DNA of 64,000 bases from an uncultured Gammaproteobacteria bacterium (GTDB taxonomy: Bacteria > Patescibacteriota > Microgenomatia > Daviesbacterales > UBA10151): NCBI GenBank assembly GCA_964649615.1, contig CAZYPW010000002.1, positions 66,969-130,968 of the forward strand, given 5' to 3'. A program made the translations under genes and the position numbers. Shown piece after piece: positions 35,848 to 47,186 of this stretch. The notes under the pieces were generated by a model. That model made no database searches and was not told where the DNA came from. It saw only the letters and a list, made by a program, of their open reading frames with translations. Numbering within the stretch: position 1 is the first letter of the stretch; each line of letters starts with the position of its first letter.

Positions 35848-37269
35848 TTAATCCTTTAAAATACCTAAATTTAAACCCAGTAACATCCAAAAAAGTGAGG
35901 CCACCTTTGATGCTTCAAATACATCTATAAATGTTCCGTTCACCAAAAAAGCGATAATGACTGAAAGGCTGCCTGCCGAGAAAAAACGTATCCACTTATC
36001 ATCATTTCTTAAACCCTTAGCAATTTTCTTCCAACAAGCTACTAAGATTAATATGAAGGCAATTGTTCCCAAAAGCCCTATCTCTCCTAAAGATCTTAAA
36101 AAATCATTATCTGTAGCAATGCCTAAAGATGAATATCCAGTTCCCAGTAAAGGATTTTTCAAAAAGGCATTTATGGCTCTGGGCCACTCAATATCTAATC
36201 TAATCTGAAAGGAACGGTAAACTCCAAGTTGGGTGGTATCAATAGGTTCTCCTGGAGTTATATCTGTGGCTGTCTGGCCTGAGGGAGAAGCAAAAGAGGA
36301 GATACTGGCAGAGTGGCTTGAAGTTTTGTATGCTACAGTTGGGATATTCAGTTTACTTCTTATGTTTTGGTCCAGATTTTTGCCTGAATATCTTTGTCCC
36401 AAATTGAGAAAATTTACTGTTATTGTTGATACAAATCTATCCCGCAGTTGTGAAGGATACAATAAAATTAAGATTGAAAAGATAAATATAAGTAATAAAT
36501 ATTTTTTCTTTTTTACAAAAAGAAGGCTGCTGACTATCCCTACAAATGCAGCTACAAATGAGATTCTAGCTGCAGTCATCATAAGTACTAATAACGATAA
36601 TCCTCCCAAAAGTGCGATCCATATCTTAAATAATTTCCCAGCTGCAAAAAATAGAGCCGTTATTAGGACTAAAGCTATCGCCAAAAATACTGCTAAATCA
36701 TAATGCCCTGCAAAAGTGGAATTTACTCTGGCACCTGGAGTTAAGCGTAAACTTAAACCTTTAGAAAATTCAGAATTGGTGGTAGATATGACAGGCCAAT
36801 CCAAATATTGTTGGCCTAAAGCATAGATATTAACTAAAAGCAAAACTAAAGTAAGAGTAATAAGAGTAATTATCAATCTTTTTTTGGAATTAATTACCGC
36901 TGCTACAACTGGCAAAAGCAAGATAAATTCAACCCTTCTAAAAAAATGGATAATCCCTAAATGAGGAACTACAGTATGGGTGAGAAAAATTGCTGAAAAA
37001 GTGGAAACAATTCCTATAAAGAAAAACAGTAGAATTAACCTATTAATATTATCTTTAATAAGTATCTTAACTTGACTGGAAAGCACTATAAAAATAGCCC
37101 AAAGCCCTATTGTCAGGGCAATAAATATATCTTCTAATCTTACTGCCACAAAGGTTCCACTAATATTTAAAAGTGGATATTTGGGATAAAGAGGAATAAA
37201 TATAAATAACCCCAAACACAAATAAAAAATCACAGAATTTAAGGAATTTGTTAGCTTAGATAAAGTCAT
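35848..37269 (-). CDS. O-antigen ligase / Wzy-like membrane protein
   Basis: R.NSTF.GH, T.AR.S, R...W, NPLLGTGY, TDNDFLR.LGE.G..G. Confidence 0.8.
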   Translation of the reverse strand: MTLSKLTNSLNSVIFYLCLGLFIFIPLYPKYPLLNISGTFVAVRLEDIFIALTIGLWAIFIVLSSQVKILIKDNINRLILLFFFIGIVSTFSAIFLTHTVVPHLGIIHFFRRVEFILLLPVVAAVINSKKRLIITLITLTLVLLLVNIYALGQQYLDWPVISTTNSEFSKGLSLRLTPGARVNSTFAGHYDLAVFLAIALVLITALFFAAGKLFKIWIALLGGLSLLVLMMTAARISFVAAFVGIVSSLLFVKKKKYLLLIFIFSILILLYPSQLRDRFVSTITVNFLNLGQRYSGKNLDQNIRSKLNIPTVAYKTSSHSASISSFASPSGQTATDITPGEPIDTTQLGVYRSFQIRLDIEWPRAINAFLKNPLLGTGYSSLGIATDNDFLRSLGEIGLLGTIAFILILVACWKKIAKGLRNDDKWIRFFSAGSLSVIIAFLVNGTFIDVFEASKVASLFWMLLGLNLGILKD

Positions 37270-37814
37270 ATTTTAAATAACCTCCTACTCTCTTTATAAA
37301 TAAGCATCATTGCTATAACAATCCCTAACCAAACTAAATATCTAATTAATATATTAGAGGGATAAAATTTCAGTGTGGTTTTAGTAAACCAGGCATTATT
37401 GTCTATTTCAAATTTTGTGGAACCCCAGAACTTTTCAGAACCATCAGAGTAAAATGGTTCAAATCCATTGACATATAGAGAATCCCTTAAGGGATAAACT
37501 AGCTCTTCTAAGTATGTTGAATCTGTATGCCTTTTAATAGCAGTCCAGGAATATTCAGGTGGATGGTTAATTTTGAGAGGAGGAAATAGAAAATGGGACT
37601 TCTGCTGATAATTTTTCAAGTAAAATGGCACAATAAATTCCCTAAAGTTATCTGAAAAATAAGCAGCTACATTAGGAATTTCAGTGGTATCTCCACTCAA
37701 GGTTGATTTATCAGACGAGGGAAGCGGCCTAAAGTCAGAAATATTGGAAGGAGCAGGCCATATCATATATATTAAAAGCAGTAGAGAAAAAACTGTATAA
37801 ATTTTGCTTATCAT
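37266..37814 (-). CDS. Hypothetical membrane protein (N- and C-terminal TM)
   Basis: ATGA overlaps at both ends; two hydrophobic ends. Confidence 0.7.
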   Translation of the reverse strand: MISKIYTVFSLLLLIYMIWPAPSNISDFRPLPSSDKSTLSGDTTEIPNVAAYFSDNFREFIVPFYLKNYQQKSHFLFPPLKINHPPEYSWTAIKRHTDSTYLEELVYPLRDSLYVNGFEPFYSDGSEKFWGSTKFEIDNNAWFTKTTLKFYPSNILIRYLVWLGIVIAMMLIYKESRRLFKI

Positions 37815-38413
37815 TGGAAAAGTCTAGCCCTGCCTAACTTGTAATGAAACTCTTTTATCTTTCTTTCCCCTATCACTTCTGCTGGAACCCCGCCTACTAT
37901 TTTAAAATCCAAAACATCTTTTGTCACCACTGCCCCAGCAGCAACCGCTGCTCCTTTACCAATTTTTACGCCAGGCAAAATTATTGCTCTGGGTCCAATA
38001 AAAACATAATCCTCAATAATAACTGGGGCCGAAATTGGAGAAAAATCTTCAGAGTTTATATCATGCTCACTATTATAGATTAAAACCCCAGAGGCTATAT
38101 CAACATGGTTACCTATTATTAAACTATCTCTTCCATCTAGAAAAGCATTGTCACCAATAATTGTGCCTTCACCAATTTTTATCTTAGATGGGTAAAAAAA
38201 CTTGGCGCCCATGTGTATTCTTGAACCTTTGCCAATTCTCACTCCTGCCATTTTATAAATAAATAATCTAAAAAAATGTGAAGGGAAAAAACCAACCCAA
38301 GCTAAAATAAGCAGCTCAAAATCTAATGCCCAATTTAGTAACCTATTGCCAATCTTTTTGGAAGCTTCATTACTTGTTAGTGGTTTGCCCATACGATCAT
38401 AAAACAAAGCCAT
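37811..38413 (-). CDS. Hexapeptide-repeat O-acetyltransferase
   Basis: IG.G.. repeats, V.IEDYVFIG....[23 protein letters not shown]; start set at MALF behind TATAAT. Confidence 0.88.
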   Translation of the reverse strand: MALFYDRMGKPLTSNEASKKIGNRLLNWALDFELLILAWVGFFPSHFFRLFIYKMAGVRIGKGSRIHMGAKFFYPSKIKIGEGTIIGDNAFLDGRDSLIIGNHVDIASGVLIYNSEHDINSEDFSPISAPVIIEDYVFIGPRAIILPGVKIGKGAAVAAGAVVTKDVLDFKIVGGVPAEVIGERKIKEFHYKLGRARLFQ

Positions 38414-38437
38414 ATATAAATTATACACTGAAGAGTT

Positions 38438-39559
38438 TCATTTTGAAAACTTTTCAAAAACCTTGAGTACTTCTTTGGCCATTTGCTTCCAAGAAAACTT
38501 TTTAACTCTTTTTAAAGATTCTTTGGCTAATTTCTGCCTTAATTTAGTATCAGATATTACAGTTCTGATAGCCTGCTCTATTTGATCTAGCGAATATGGA
38601 TCAAAAGTAAGCCCAGCCTTACCAACTATTTCTGGCAAAGAGGAAACATTAGAGACAATAACAGCTGTTCCAGTAGCCATTGCTTCCAAAACAGAAATAC
38701 CAAATCCTTCATATAGAGACGGCTGTATAAAAGCTTTTGCTCCTTTTATCAATTGGGGCAGTTCTTCAGTTGCTACATATCCTAAAAACTCTACTCTATC
38801 CTCAATCCCTAAATTTTTAGGAGTATTTAATATCTCTTCATACATCCAACCCTCTTTTCCTTCACCCTTGGATTTACCAATAATCTTTAACTTTAAACCC
38901 TCTATTCTGGAAACAGCTTCTATTAACCTAACCAAATTTTTTCTGGGTTGAATAGTCCCTATATATATAATGTAGTTATCCCCTATATTATATTGCTTTT
39001 TTATTTTTTCAACTTTTAACTTTTCACTTTGAACTTTGAACTTATCTCTGTCATATCCTGGATAAGCTACAGTCACTTTATCTTTATTAATTTTATATTC
39101 AGATAGGATATCTTTTTTGGAAAAGTTTGAGATAGTAATTATGTGGTCTGCATTTTGAATAGAATACTTAGTCCAATTAGTAAGTTTCCAAAGGTCATCA
39201 CCCTTAAACATTTGGGGGAAGTGTAAAAATGATAAGTCAAAAATAGTAGCTATTCTTTTAACTGGGGAAAACCTGGGAATATAATGCGTAGGAGAAAAAA
39301 ATAAATCTATCTTGCCTTTGTTAGTATATAGAAATAAAGGTAATGCAACCCTGGTCCAAAGCCTTTTGGGTTTTAGGATTTTATATTTCCAGCCTAACCT
39401 TTCTTTTGGTAAATCATCCAAAGGCTTATCTGGTAATAAAATTATGTACTCATTAACATGGTCTATTTTCTCGATATTCCTCAAAAGCTCAAAGGCCACT
39501 TGAGATGACCCTAGTCTTTGGAAAACATTAGCCTCATACCCATCAATAGCAATCTTCAT
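38438..39559 (-). CDS. GT4 glycosyltransferase
   Basis: MKIAIDG, QPRKNL, PSLYEGFGISVLEAM. Confidence 0.9.
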   Translation of the reverse strand: MKIAIDGYEANVFQRLGSSQVAFELLRNIEKIDHVNEYIILLPDKPLDDLPKERLGWKYKILKPKRLWTRVALPLFLYTNKGKIDLFFSPTHYIPRFSPVKRIATIFDLSFLHFPQMFKGDDLWKLTNWTKYSIQNADHIITISNFSKKDILSEYKINKDKVTVAYPGYDRDKFKVQSEKLKVEKIKKQYNIGDNYIIYIGTIQPRKNLVRLIEAVSRIEGLKLKIIGKSKGEGKEGWMYEEILNTPKNLGIEDRVEFLGYVATEELPQLIKGAKAFIQPSLYEGFGISVLEAMATGTAVIVSNVSSLPEIVGKAGLTFDPYSLDQIEQAIRTVISDTKLRQKLAKESLKRVKKFSWKQMAKEVLKVFEKFSK

Positions 39560-40581
39560 TTCACTAACCTCCTGTAAACTGCTGCTGTCTGCTCTGCGCA
39601 TTTTTCCCAGGAAAATAATTTAGCCCTGCTAGATCCTTTAGCAATAAGTTCACGCCTCATCTCTGTATCTTCCATAACTATCTTAATCTTTTTTTGAATA
39701 TCTTCAACAGAATACGGATCTGCCAACAATGCAGCATCTCCAGCCACTTCAGGCATAGAAGAAACTTTGGAGGTAATAACAGCTAACCCAGAGTAAAATG
39801 CATCAACTATTGGCAGCCCAAATCCCTCATACAATGAACAGTAAACTAAAACAGATGCTGACTGGTATAGCAATCCCAATTCATCCAAATTTAACCAGGG
39901 AATTGTCTGGCCGGCAATTACCAGATGATAACCAGATGAGGCCACTTTAATCCTTTCCAGATTCCTCCTTTCCCCAATTCCTCCTATTGCCAGAATAAAT
40001 CTTTGGGGAAGATCATATTTTTCTCTAAATTCTTTTATTTGGATCTGGGATGCTTTTTGGAAATTCATTGTTGGGCCTTCATATATGACCTTAATTTTTT
40101 TCTCAGGGATTTTTGAAACTTCCATCAAATCCTTTTTTGTTGATTCTGACACTGCAATCACACAGTCTATTTCCCTTTCTATCAGCTTCAGCCTTCTTGT
40201 ATGTACATCTACAATCTGTGGATATGACCACTCTGGATATTTTATAGCTACAAGATCATGAACTGTTGTAACCTTGATAGCCTTAGAGGGAGGTTGAGTC
40301 CAATCTGAAGAGTGGAAGATATCTAAAAACCCTAAAAATTTTTCAATTGATATATTTCTCCATCTGTTAAATAACATTTCAAAAAGTTTAGGAGGCAATC
40401 TATATTTTTTAACATTCTTCAAATTACCAAGGTAAGGCTTTCTTAAAGAGAAGTAGAGATAAACCATTTCTAAATCATCTATTTGAAAAAGTTGGCTGGC
40501 TAAATTTTGTGTATAGGTAGCTACCCCTCCTCTATGAGCTAACTGTGAAATATCCATTCCCACCCGTATTTTTCTAACCAT
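39556..40581 (-). CDS. GT4 glycosyltransferase
   Basis: GGVATY, TVHDL, SLYEGFGLPIVDA. Confidence 0.88.
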   Translation of the reverse strand: MVRKIRVGMDISQLAHRGGVATYTQNLASQLFQIDDLEMVYLYFSLRKPYLGNLKNVKKYRLPPKLFEMLFNRWRNISIEKFLGFLDIFHSSDWTQPPSKAIKVTTVHDLVAIKYPEWSYPQIVDVHTRRLKLIEREIDCVIAVSESTKKDLMEVSKIPEKKIKVIYEGPTMNFQKASQIQIKEFREKYDLPQRFILAIGGIGERRNLERIKVASSGYHLVIAGQTIPWLNLDELGLLYQSASVLVYCSLYEGFGLPIVDAFYSGLAVITSKVSSMPEVAGDAALLADPYSVEDIQKKIKIVMEDTEMRRELIAKGSSRAKLFSWEKCAEQTAAVYRRLVK

Positions 40582-40590
40582 ATTACTATT

Positions 40591-41943
40591 TTAGTCTTTT
40601 TTGCGAAGAATTTCTGCAGCCCCTACATTATCTATCATGTAATAATTTTCTAAAATATATTGATCAATATCTTTGGCAAAATCAGTAATTTTCATTCCTT
40701 CAATTTCAACTGTCCTGTCAGCCACAATAATCTCGGGTTGGTCTTTTTTAATTCCTGCTAATATTTTATCCTCTGCAACTTTCAAAAACCAGGGAAACTG
40801 AAATACAAAAACCTCTCCTGCGGGTAGGGTTTGTGACATTTGATAAAGATGCGGAGCTGCTCCAAAGACAAAAATTTTATCTCCCTTATTTGTATACTGC
40901 TTAACCTTTTCTGCAATCCCGTAAGTTGATTTATCAAAGAAAAATACCATGTTAGATAAATGGCCCCTATAAAAAATGTTTTGCCACCAAAGAGTAACAA
41001 CCAAATAGAAAGAAGTTAAGATAAAAAGCGCTTTTTTCTTGGGTAATGAATATACTCCTATAGCCGTTCCCAGCATTGCAAAGGGGAGAGAAGGTTGAAA
41101 GTGGACAAAGTTTGCCCTATCAAATGCCCCAACTGCGGACCCTATCAAAAAAAGGGAAAGAATAACTTTAAACCTTTTATCTTTGTACAAAAAATAAGAT
41201 AGCGATGCTGTATAAACTACTAAAACTCTGGAAATAAATCCAAAATTCTCAGGAATTTGTGTACCCGATGAGGCGTAAATAGTTAAATTAAAAACAATGG
41301 TCCAGTACCAAAAATCCTCAAACACACCGATCCAAATAAAGTATAAAACCATTAAAAGAATTGGTGGAAGAAGTCCCACAAGATATTTAACTATTTCTTG
41401 TTTACTTTTTTCTGACCATAATATATAAATGAATACTAAAATAGATAAGGGAATCATTGTCTGCTTAAAAATTATTCCCAATCCAAGAAATATTCCAACC
41501 AGAAAGAACCTTTTTCTGTAAAGTAAATAAAATGCGGGTAAAAGAAATAGCGGTAAAAAATTATCTATCCATAAAACCCATCCTTCAAAAAATGGCTGCC
41601 AGATTAAATATAAAAAGTTTACTAAAAGAGCTTTGTAGCCACTTTTTAAAAAATATCTTGAGATAAAAAATAAAAGTAAATGAGTAATTAATACCACAGA
41701 AATCAACCATGCTCTGGCAACAATTTCATTAACCATTCCTAAATTATCAAAATTAAAGGGTAAAAACATAAATCCAGGAAAATGTTGGTCCAAAATCTGG
41801 GAGTAAGGTTTAAGCCCATTATTTGTTAAATAAGGATAAATAAAAAGCTCTGGATATGGAAAAAAAATTAGTCTGGTTACGACTAGAGAATGAACCAGCA
41901 AAATAATACCTAGTAGTAGATAACACAATCTATCTTTTAACAT
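40591..41943 (-). CDS. GT-C-fold membrane glycosyltransferase (putative)
   Basis: Multi-TM; PY..I.D.H.PG, G....FKQ, H.QP..P, C-terminal soluble domain. Confidence 0.7.
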   Translation of the reverse strand: MLKDRLCYLLLGIILLVHSLVVTRLIFFPYPELFIYPYLTNNGLKPYSQILDQHFPGFMFLPFNFDNLGMVNEIVARAWLISVVLITHLLLFFISRYFLKSGYKALLVNFLYLIWQPFFEGWVLWIDNFLPLFLLPAFYLLYRKRFFLVGIFLGLGIIFKQTMIPLSILVFIYILWSEKSKQEIVKYLVGLLPPILLMVLYFIWIGVFEDFWYWTIVFNLTIYASSGTQIPENFGFISRVLVVYTASLSYFLYKDKRFKVILSLFLIGSAVGAFDRANFVHFQPSLPFAMLGTAIGVYSLPKKKALFILTSFYLVVTLWWQNIFYRGHLSNMVFFFDKSTYGIAEKVKQYTNKGDKIFVFGAAPHLYQMSQTLPAGEVFVFQFPWFLKVAEDKILAGIKKDQPEIIVADRTVEIEGMKITDFAKDIDQYILENYYMIDNVGAAEILRKKD

Positions 41944-43345
41944 AATGGTAAACAAAACCTACTCCATTAAAATTGCGAGTGTCAGTTTGCTCATATCCTA
42001 ACTCTACCAATTTTTTTGAAAGTAACCTATTAGGATCACTAATCTGCACTAAATAATCAACTAAATAAACATCTTTAGAATTTCCCAGTGAAGAGTTTAA
42101 ATCTGAAACTGAATTTTCATCTTTTGCTGGAAAATCTTTTAAGCCTCCCATGGCATTTAAATTTCCCTTTGAATAATAATCAAAAGGGGGCAATGTTCCA
42201 GAGCTTTCAAATAATATAGCTGATGGTTGAAGTTTTTCAAAAAAAACAACTAAGCCTTTCCAATCTTCTCTTTGATACTTTGGATTTAATAAATAAACCA
42301 TGCTGCAAAAAAGTTCTATTAGAACAATGCTTACTAAAAAAATATATTGAAATCTTTTTTTAAAACTTAAAATACCTAAAGAGATTAAAATAATAAAAGC
42401 TGGGATAACAAATAAGACTCTGAAATAGTTATAGATAGGGATAAAAAATGAAATAATAGATGCTAAGCTAAGAGGAATTATTATCCAAAAAAGAAGAAGC
42501 TTAACTGCAAAATCTTTTAATGATCTAACTGCCCGCCAATAAAGATAGATGAATAAACTGCAAACTGGCAGGAGTAAGAGTGTATAAATAACTTTATCAG
42601 CCAAACTAATTCTGCCGATAATAAATTTAACAAAAGTCAGGGGCAGTGCCTTAAAATCAAACTCCCCTACTATAAATTTCCATGTTGGTAAATTAGCAGA
42701 GGCTACAGATCCAACGTCAAATTGATTTAAAAATGTAGGAAGATGCCAGAAACCTGCTAAAACTGCTGCGCTAAATGCCATAATCCACTTTTTAAGGATT
42801 TCTTTTTTAAATAACAAAATAAAAAGTAGCTGGGAGGGAAAAATAAAGTAAGCCACATAATCAGATGCCAGAACAGCTGCATTACTCAGAATAAGAAAAA
42901 TTAAATTAATTTTTTCTCCTTTAATTAATTTTATGAGAAGTAAAATATTAACTGAGACAGCCAAACAGGCAAGTGCATACATTCTGGCCTCCTGGCTATA
43001 GTAGATATGCAAAGGATTAAGGCAAATTAGCAGTGCTGCAACTATACCAAGATGTCTTGAAACTAACTTTTTGCCGATAAGATAAACAACCCAAATATTT
43101 ACCGTCCCAAAAATTACCGATGGCATCCTTACTGCAATTTCAGAGTAACCAAAAATTTTAGTCCAAAACCATAAAATTATAAACCAGCCAGGAGGATGAA
43201 AATCAGCTTTAGCATATTGGGTAATTAAATCAAAAAAAGAATAGTTCTGGGCAGCTTGGGTATTAATTGCCTCATCCAGCCAAAGACTTTGATTTAAGCT
43301 AACTAAGCGGAGTATTAATCCTACTGATATAATCAACCATATCAT
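41930..43345 (-). CDS. GT-C (PMT_2/GT39-like) membrane glycosyltransferase
   Basis: SLWLDEA, DFHPP, SE..VR.PS, YYSQEARMY, REDWK. Confidence 0.85.
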   Translation of the reverse strand: MIWLIISVGLILRLVSLNQSLWLDEAINTQAAQNYSFFDLITQYAKADFHPPGWFIILWFWTKIFGYSEIAVRMPSVIFGTVNIWVVYLIGKKLVSRHLGIVAALLICLNPLHIYYSQEARMYALACLAVSVNILLLIKLIKGEKINLIFLILSNAAVLASDYVAYFIFPSQLLFILLFKKEILKKWIMAFSAAVLAGFWHLPTFLNQFDVGSVASANLPTWKFIVGEFDFKALPLTFVKFIIGRISLADKVIYTLLLLPVCSLFIYLYWRAVRSLKDFAVKLLLFWIIIPLSLASIISFFIPIYNYFRVLFVIPAFIILISLGILSFKKRFQYIFLVSIVLIELFCSMVYLLNPKYQREDWKGLVVFFEKLQPSAILFESSGTLPPFDYYSKGNLNAMGGLKDFPAKDENSVSDLNSSLGNSKDVYLVDYLVQISDPNRLLSKKLVELGYEQTDTRNFNGVGFVYHYVKR

Positions 43346-44097
43346 TTTTTCTTCTCCAGCTCCCAAATTTTAATCATAACTTGCAGTTGATAAACCATCA
43401 TCAGATAAGTTAGACAAAAACCATAAAATCCATCTAAAAATCCTGCGTGTTTTATATATCTTGTTAAAAATTCTCTAGTTGGTTTCCAAAAAAAGTTTGC
43501 CCAGGAGAATCTCTCTCCTGCTAAATATAAATTTTGAGCCTCAATTGTGGAATATCTATTTTGCCTATTAATAAAATCCTCAATTGTTCGGTATCCAAAA
43601 TGTTCAATTGCTAACTCTTTTTTGGCAGGTAGGTCTAAAACTAATCCTTCAACTTTAGGATAAAGATGGATTTTTTCCTCCCACCCCACTTTTCCCTTTT
43701 TAAAAAATCTCACATGCCTATCAGGCCACCAGTTGGTATGGGCAATCCATTTACCAAAAAAAATATTTTTTCTGGGAATATTAACTGCTGCATATTTATT
43801 CTCTGATTTTATTTCTTTAAGTTTTTTCCATAAAGTTGCTGTTAATCTCTCATCTGGATCCAAAATTAAAATCCAATCTCCACTTGCTTTTGATACTGCA
43901 AAATCACGGACTTTTTCTACATATTCAACTAAAGTATGGGTAAAGATTTTAGCCTTAAAACTTTCAGCAATTTTTAAAGTATTATCTCCAGATCCTAAAT
44001 CTAATATGACAATCTCATCACCCTTTCCTTCTACGCTCCTTAGGCAATCTTTCAGAACATCTTCTTCATTATAAGTAACTATTACTGTTGAGATCAT
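43342..44097 (-). CDS. GT2 glycosyltransferase
   Basis: TYNEE, D.GS.D.T, W...LDPDE, GFLDG..G. Confidence 0.9.
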   Translation of the reverse strand: MISTVIVTYNEEDVLKDCLRSVEGKGDEIVILDLGSGDNTLKIAESFKAKIFTHTLVEYVEKVRDFAVSKASGDWILILDPDERLTATLWKKLKEIKSENKYAAVNIPRKNIFFGKWIAHTNWWPDRHVRFFKKGKVGWEEKIHLYPKVEGLVLDLPAKKELAIEHFGYRTIEDFINRQNRYSTIEAQNLYLAGERFSWANFFWKPTREFLTRYIKHAGFLDGFYGFCLTYLMMVYQLQVMIKIWELEKKK

Positions 44098-45032
44098 AAA
44101 TTCATAAAAGCCTCCTCATATCTTTTGGCTATCTTTTCCCAGGAAAATTTCTTAGCCTGATTTATAGCTTTAGCCTTCCAATCCCCTTTTAATGCTTGTT
44201 TAATTGCTTGAGCATAATTTTTGATGTCTGAAACATCAACTAAAATCCCTGCCTCCCCTATTATCTCATTTCTTGTCTCATCATTTGGAGCAACTACTCC
44301 TAAGCCCGATGCCATAGCTTCAAGGTAAACTATTCCAAAAGCCTCTCTTTCCCAGGAAGGTAGTACAAAAAGATCAGCACTCCTATATACTTTTGGCAAG
44401 TTTTTATAATCTGCTTTCATAATTTTAAATCTATCTCCTAGTAATCTTTTACCCAAATCCTGCAGTTTATCTTTCTCCTTCCCTTCTCCAACTAAGACTA
44501 AAGATACATCTTTTAATGAACTTAATGCTTTAATAGTCCTCTGATGATATTTATACCAAACCAATGCCCCCACAGATAATACAACTGGCCCTTTGAGTTT
44601 CAAATCTTCCCTTTCCCCATTTGGCTTAAATTTATTTAGATCCACACCATTAGGGATTTTAATTACCTTGCTTCCCCAAGCCCATTTTTTTGACCATCTA
44701 TACATGGAATCCGTTAAAGCAACATATAAATCAGGCTTAGAAATGGCAATATTAAAAATCTCTCCTTTTCCAATTCCAGCTTGTCCAGTAATTGCCAGCT
44801 TGTAATTTTTTTGAAGCCTTCCCAAAGACGCCTTTAAACTTTGTACTCCTCCGTTTACTGCAATAACTATCTGATACTCACCCTTTAAAATCTCATCCAA
44901 AGAATCAGCTTTATCCCCAGATAAAATATTTACCTCATGTCTTTTGCTCAGTTCCCTGCTTAACTCATAAACAAAGGTTTCAGCCCCTCTTTGAACACTA
45001 TCTTGGTACCTACTTAAAAATGCTATCTTCAT
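44094..45032 (-). CDS. GT4 glycosyltransferase
   Basis: RGAE, IPNGVD, EAFGIVYLEAMASG. Confidence 0.9.
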   Translation of the reverse strand: MKIAFLSRYQDSVQRGAETFVYELSRELSKRHEVNILSGDKADSLDEILKGEYQIVIAVNGGVQSLKASLGRLQKNYKLAITGQAGIGKGEIFNIAISKPDLYVALTDSMYRWSKKWAWGSKVIKIPNGVDLNKFKPNGEREDLKLKGPVVLSVGALVWYKYHQRTIKALSSLKDVSLVLVGEGKEKDKLQDLGKRLLGDRFKIMKADYKNLPKVYRSADLFVLPSWEREAFGIVYLEAMASGLGVVAPNDETRNEIIGEAGILVDVSDIKNYAQAIKQALKGDWKAKAINQAKKFSWEKIAKRYEEAFMNL

Positions 45033-45037
45033 ATAAT

Positions 45038-46561
45038 TTAATTTCTCTTAATATATGCCCTATATCCACCTTCTTTAATGGAAGATATACCCAACAGGTC
45101 CTCTGATAAAGGTATTCTATCTTCAGATAAAATTATAGTGTAAACAGGAAACCTTTTACTAATCTCGTCAGGATACAGCCACCCTAAACTGTTATCAGTA
45201 TAACTTTGATCAGGAACTCTTCCATATGCTTTAAATAAATATCTCCATCCCTCATAGTTATGGCATATTCCCCTTCCTTCAATAGCAAAACTTTTATCAC
45301 CTACCATACCCATTACTTTATTAATTAACTTTTCTTTAGGGCCTAAACTAAATTCATCTGATGAATTTAAGACTGTATTAATGCCCAAGAGAGAAACAAT
45401 TAATATTAAACCAAAGGCAATCCACTTCATTTTTTTGTTTAGTTCCCCTATCAAAATTGCTGGTACAAAAATAAAGAGAGCGAGAAAAACTAAAGTATAA
45501 TATTCATAAGAACCCCCAGGATAAATAAGATAAAAAAGGGCCGAGACAGTTAAAAATAGGGCTAAAAGTTTATTAGGAAATTTCCTACTATTTAAATTTT
45601 TTCCTATGAAATATAAAACTAATCCTAGAGAAATTATGGATAACCAAGAGGGAGAATATGTTCTTTGGGTATATTTATTAATTACTTCATAACCTGTTGA
45701 TAAAGATAAGGCTGAACAGCCAAAATTTACTTCATCTGCATTAGGAGCTCCAGGTTTTAAATGCCAAAATCGACCCATGCTATCAAATAACGTTCCAAAT
45801 TTTTCTGGTGGATTAAAACTAACCTGTAATTGATGGTTACTTTCCAAAAGTTTACTAAGAACTCTCAAATTACTGAAATTATGGTTCATATCAAAAATAA
45901 TTAGTGGCCAGTAAAAGATTAGAAAAGCAGCTGAGCATAAGATGATTAACTTAATATCCTTAAAGTGCTTATCCTTTATAAAGTACCAGACACCTATCAA
46001 AAGAAGTGGAAAGGGGGGTAGATGGGTTTCAAAGATAAGTCCTGCTAGTCCTGCAAATAAAATCCACCACCATTTATTTTTTTTTACTAATACTAAGGAT
46101 AAAAATAAAAGCACTGCTACTGAAGGCCCAAACATGGGGTTCCAGTATTTTTGATCAAAGAAAACAAACAAAGGTAAAGTTGCATATAATAAAGAAGAAA
46201 TAACTGCCACAGTCAAATTAAAAACTCTTTTTCCTGCCAAAAAAATAACTGCTGTAGTAATTACTCCTAAAAAGGCTGCAAAATAGGCAGTAATTAAAGG
46301 ATCTCCTCTTGATAAAGCCAAAAGGATAGCTGTTAAGTAGACTACATAGGGCCCAATATAAAATTCTAAAGCAGCTGCAACCAAACCAATCCAAATAGGA
46401 TGAGGGTTCAAAACTTGAGTCCAAGCATAAGTGGCTTGATATTCTTCATCTAAATTAAATACATATAAATCAGGCAAACGGTTAAACCTTAAAAAAGCAG
46501 AAATAATTATGATAATTATTAAAAATAGATAAACTCGATATTTTTTTATTAAAGTCCACAT
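45038..46561 (-). CDS. GT-C (ArnT-like) membrane glycosyltransferase, paralog A
   Basis: LRF..L...F..DE, GP...YL, WNP, multi-TM; paralog of 49046-50575. Confidence 0.78.
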   Translation of the reverse strand: MWTLIKKYRVYLFLIIIIIISAFLRFNRLPDLYVFNLDEEYQATYAWTQVLNPHPIWIGLVAAALEFYIGPYVVYLTAILLALSRGDPLITAYFAAFLGVITTAVIFLAGKRVFNLTVAVISSLLYATLPLFVFFDQKYWNPMFGPSVAVLLFLSLVLVKKNKWWWILFAGLAGLIFETHLPPFPLLLIGVWYFIKDKHFKDIKLIILCSAAFLIFYWPLIIFDMNHNFSNLRVLSKLLESNHQLQVSFNPPEKFGTLFDSMGRFWHLKPGAPNADEVNFGCSALSLSTGYEVINKYTQRTYSPSWLSIISLGLVLYFIGKNLNSRKFPNKLLALFLTVSALFYLIYPGGSYEYYTLVFLALFIFVPAILIGELNKKMKWIAFGLILIVSLLGINTVLNSSDEFSLGPKEKLINKVMGMVGDKSFAIEGRGICHNYEGWRYLFKAYGRVPDQSYTDNSLGWLYPDEISKRFPVYTIILSEDRIPLSEDLLGISSIKEGGYRAYIKRN

Positions 46562-47101
46562 TTATTGTAGTTTTCTTATTATTTTTGCAGGAACTCCAGC
46601 TACTAAAACTTGTGAGGGAACATCTTTTGTCACCACTGCCCCAGCAGCTACCATGGAATTTTCTCCAATTGTTACCCCAGGTAGAATTGTTGCACAAGCA
46701 CCTATTACAGAACCTCTCTTTAAAATGGTAGGTGAACTGATAGGAGGAAAATATTTTTGTAATGGATGGTCTTTATATCCAACGTTCATATGGGTTAAAA
46801 TTGTAACTCGTTGAGCCAGAGTTACTTCATCTTCCAAAATTACTTTATTATATAAATCTATTAAAGCTTCATCTCCCAAAAAACATTTTTGTCCTAAACT
46901 TAATCCTTTTAATCCTTGATGGTGCCAGTTAAAAAAATGGACATCCATAATAATAGAATCTTGGCCTATTTTTGCTCCTCCTAATATGAGTACCAATTTT
47001 CTCAATTGGGGCAAGAATAATAATTTATAGAATATTTGGAAAAGACTAAAGATAAAAAATTTAAAAGCTTTTTTAAGACCGACTTCTTGAATCGCTTTCA
47101 T
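46562..47101 (-). CDS. Hexapeptide-repeat acetyltransferase
   Basis: [36 protein letters not shown]. Confidence 0.88.
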   Translation of the reverse strand: MKAIQEVGLKKAFKFFIFSLFQIFYKLLFLPQLRKLVLILGGAKIGQDSIIMDVHFFNWHHQGLKGLSLGQKCFLGDEALIDLYNKVILEDEVTLAQRVTILTHMNVGYKDHPLQKYFPPISSPTILKRGSVIGACATILPGVTIGENSMVAAGAVVTKDVPSQVLVAGVPAKIIRKLQ

Positions 47102-47186
47102 GTTAATATTCTTAGACTATTTGAAGTCTTGCATTCCTAGGATTATAATAACATAACTTTATATTGTAAAAATTTATTAAAATAAT

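Noticed and set aside
37915-46648. Shared ~28-bp stretch between the two acetyltransferase genes
   Set aside because: It encodes the conserved [10 protein letters not shown] motif; protein constraint plus codon bias is sufficient.
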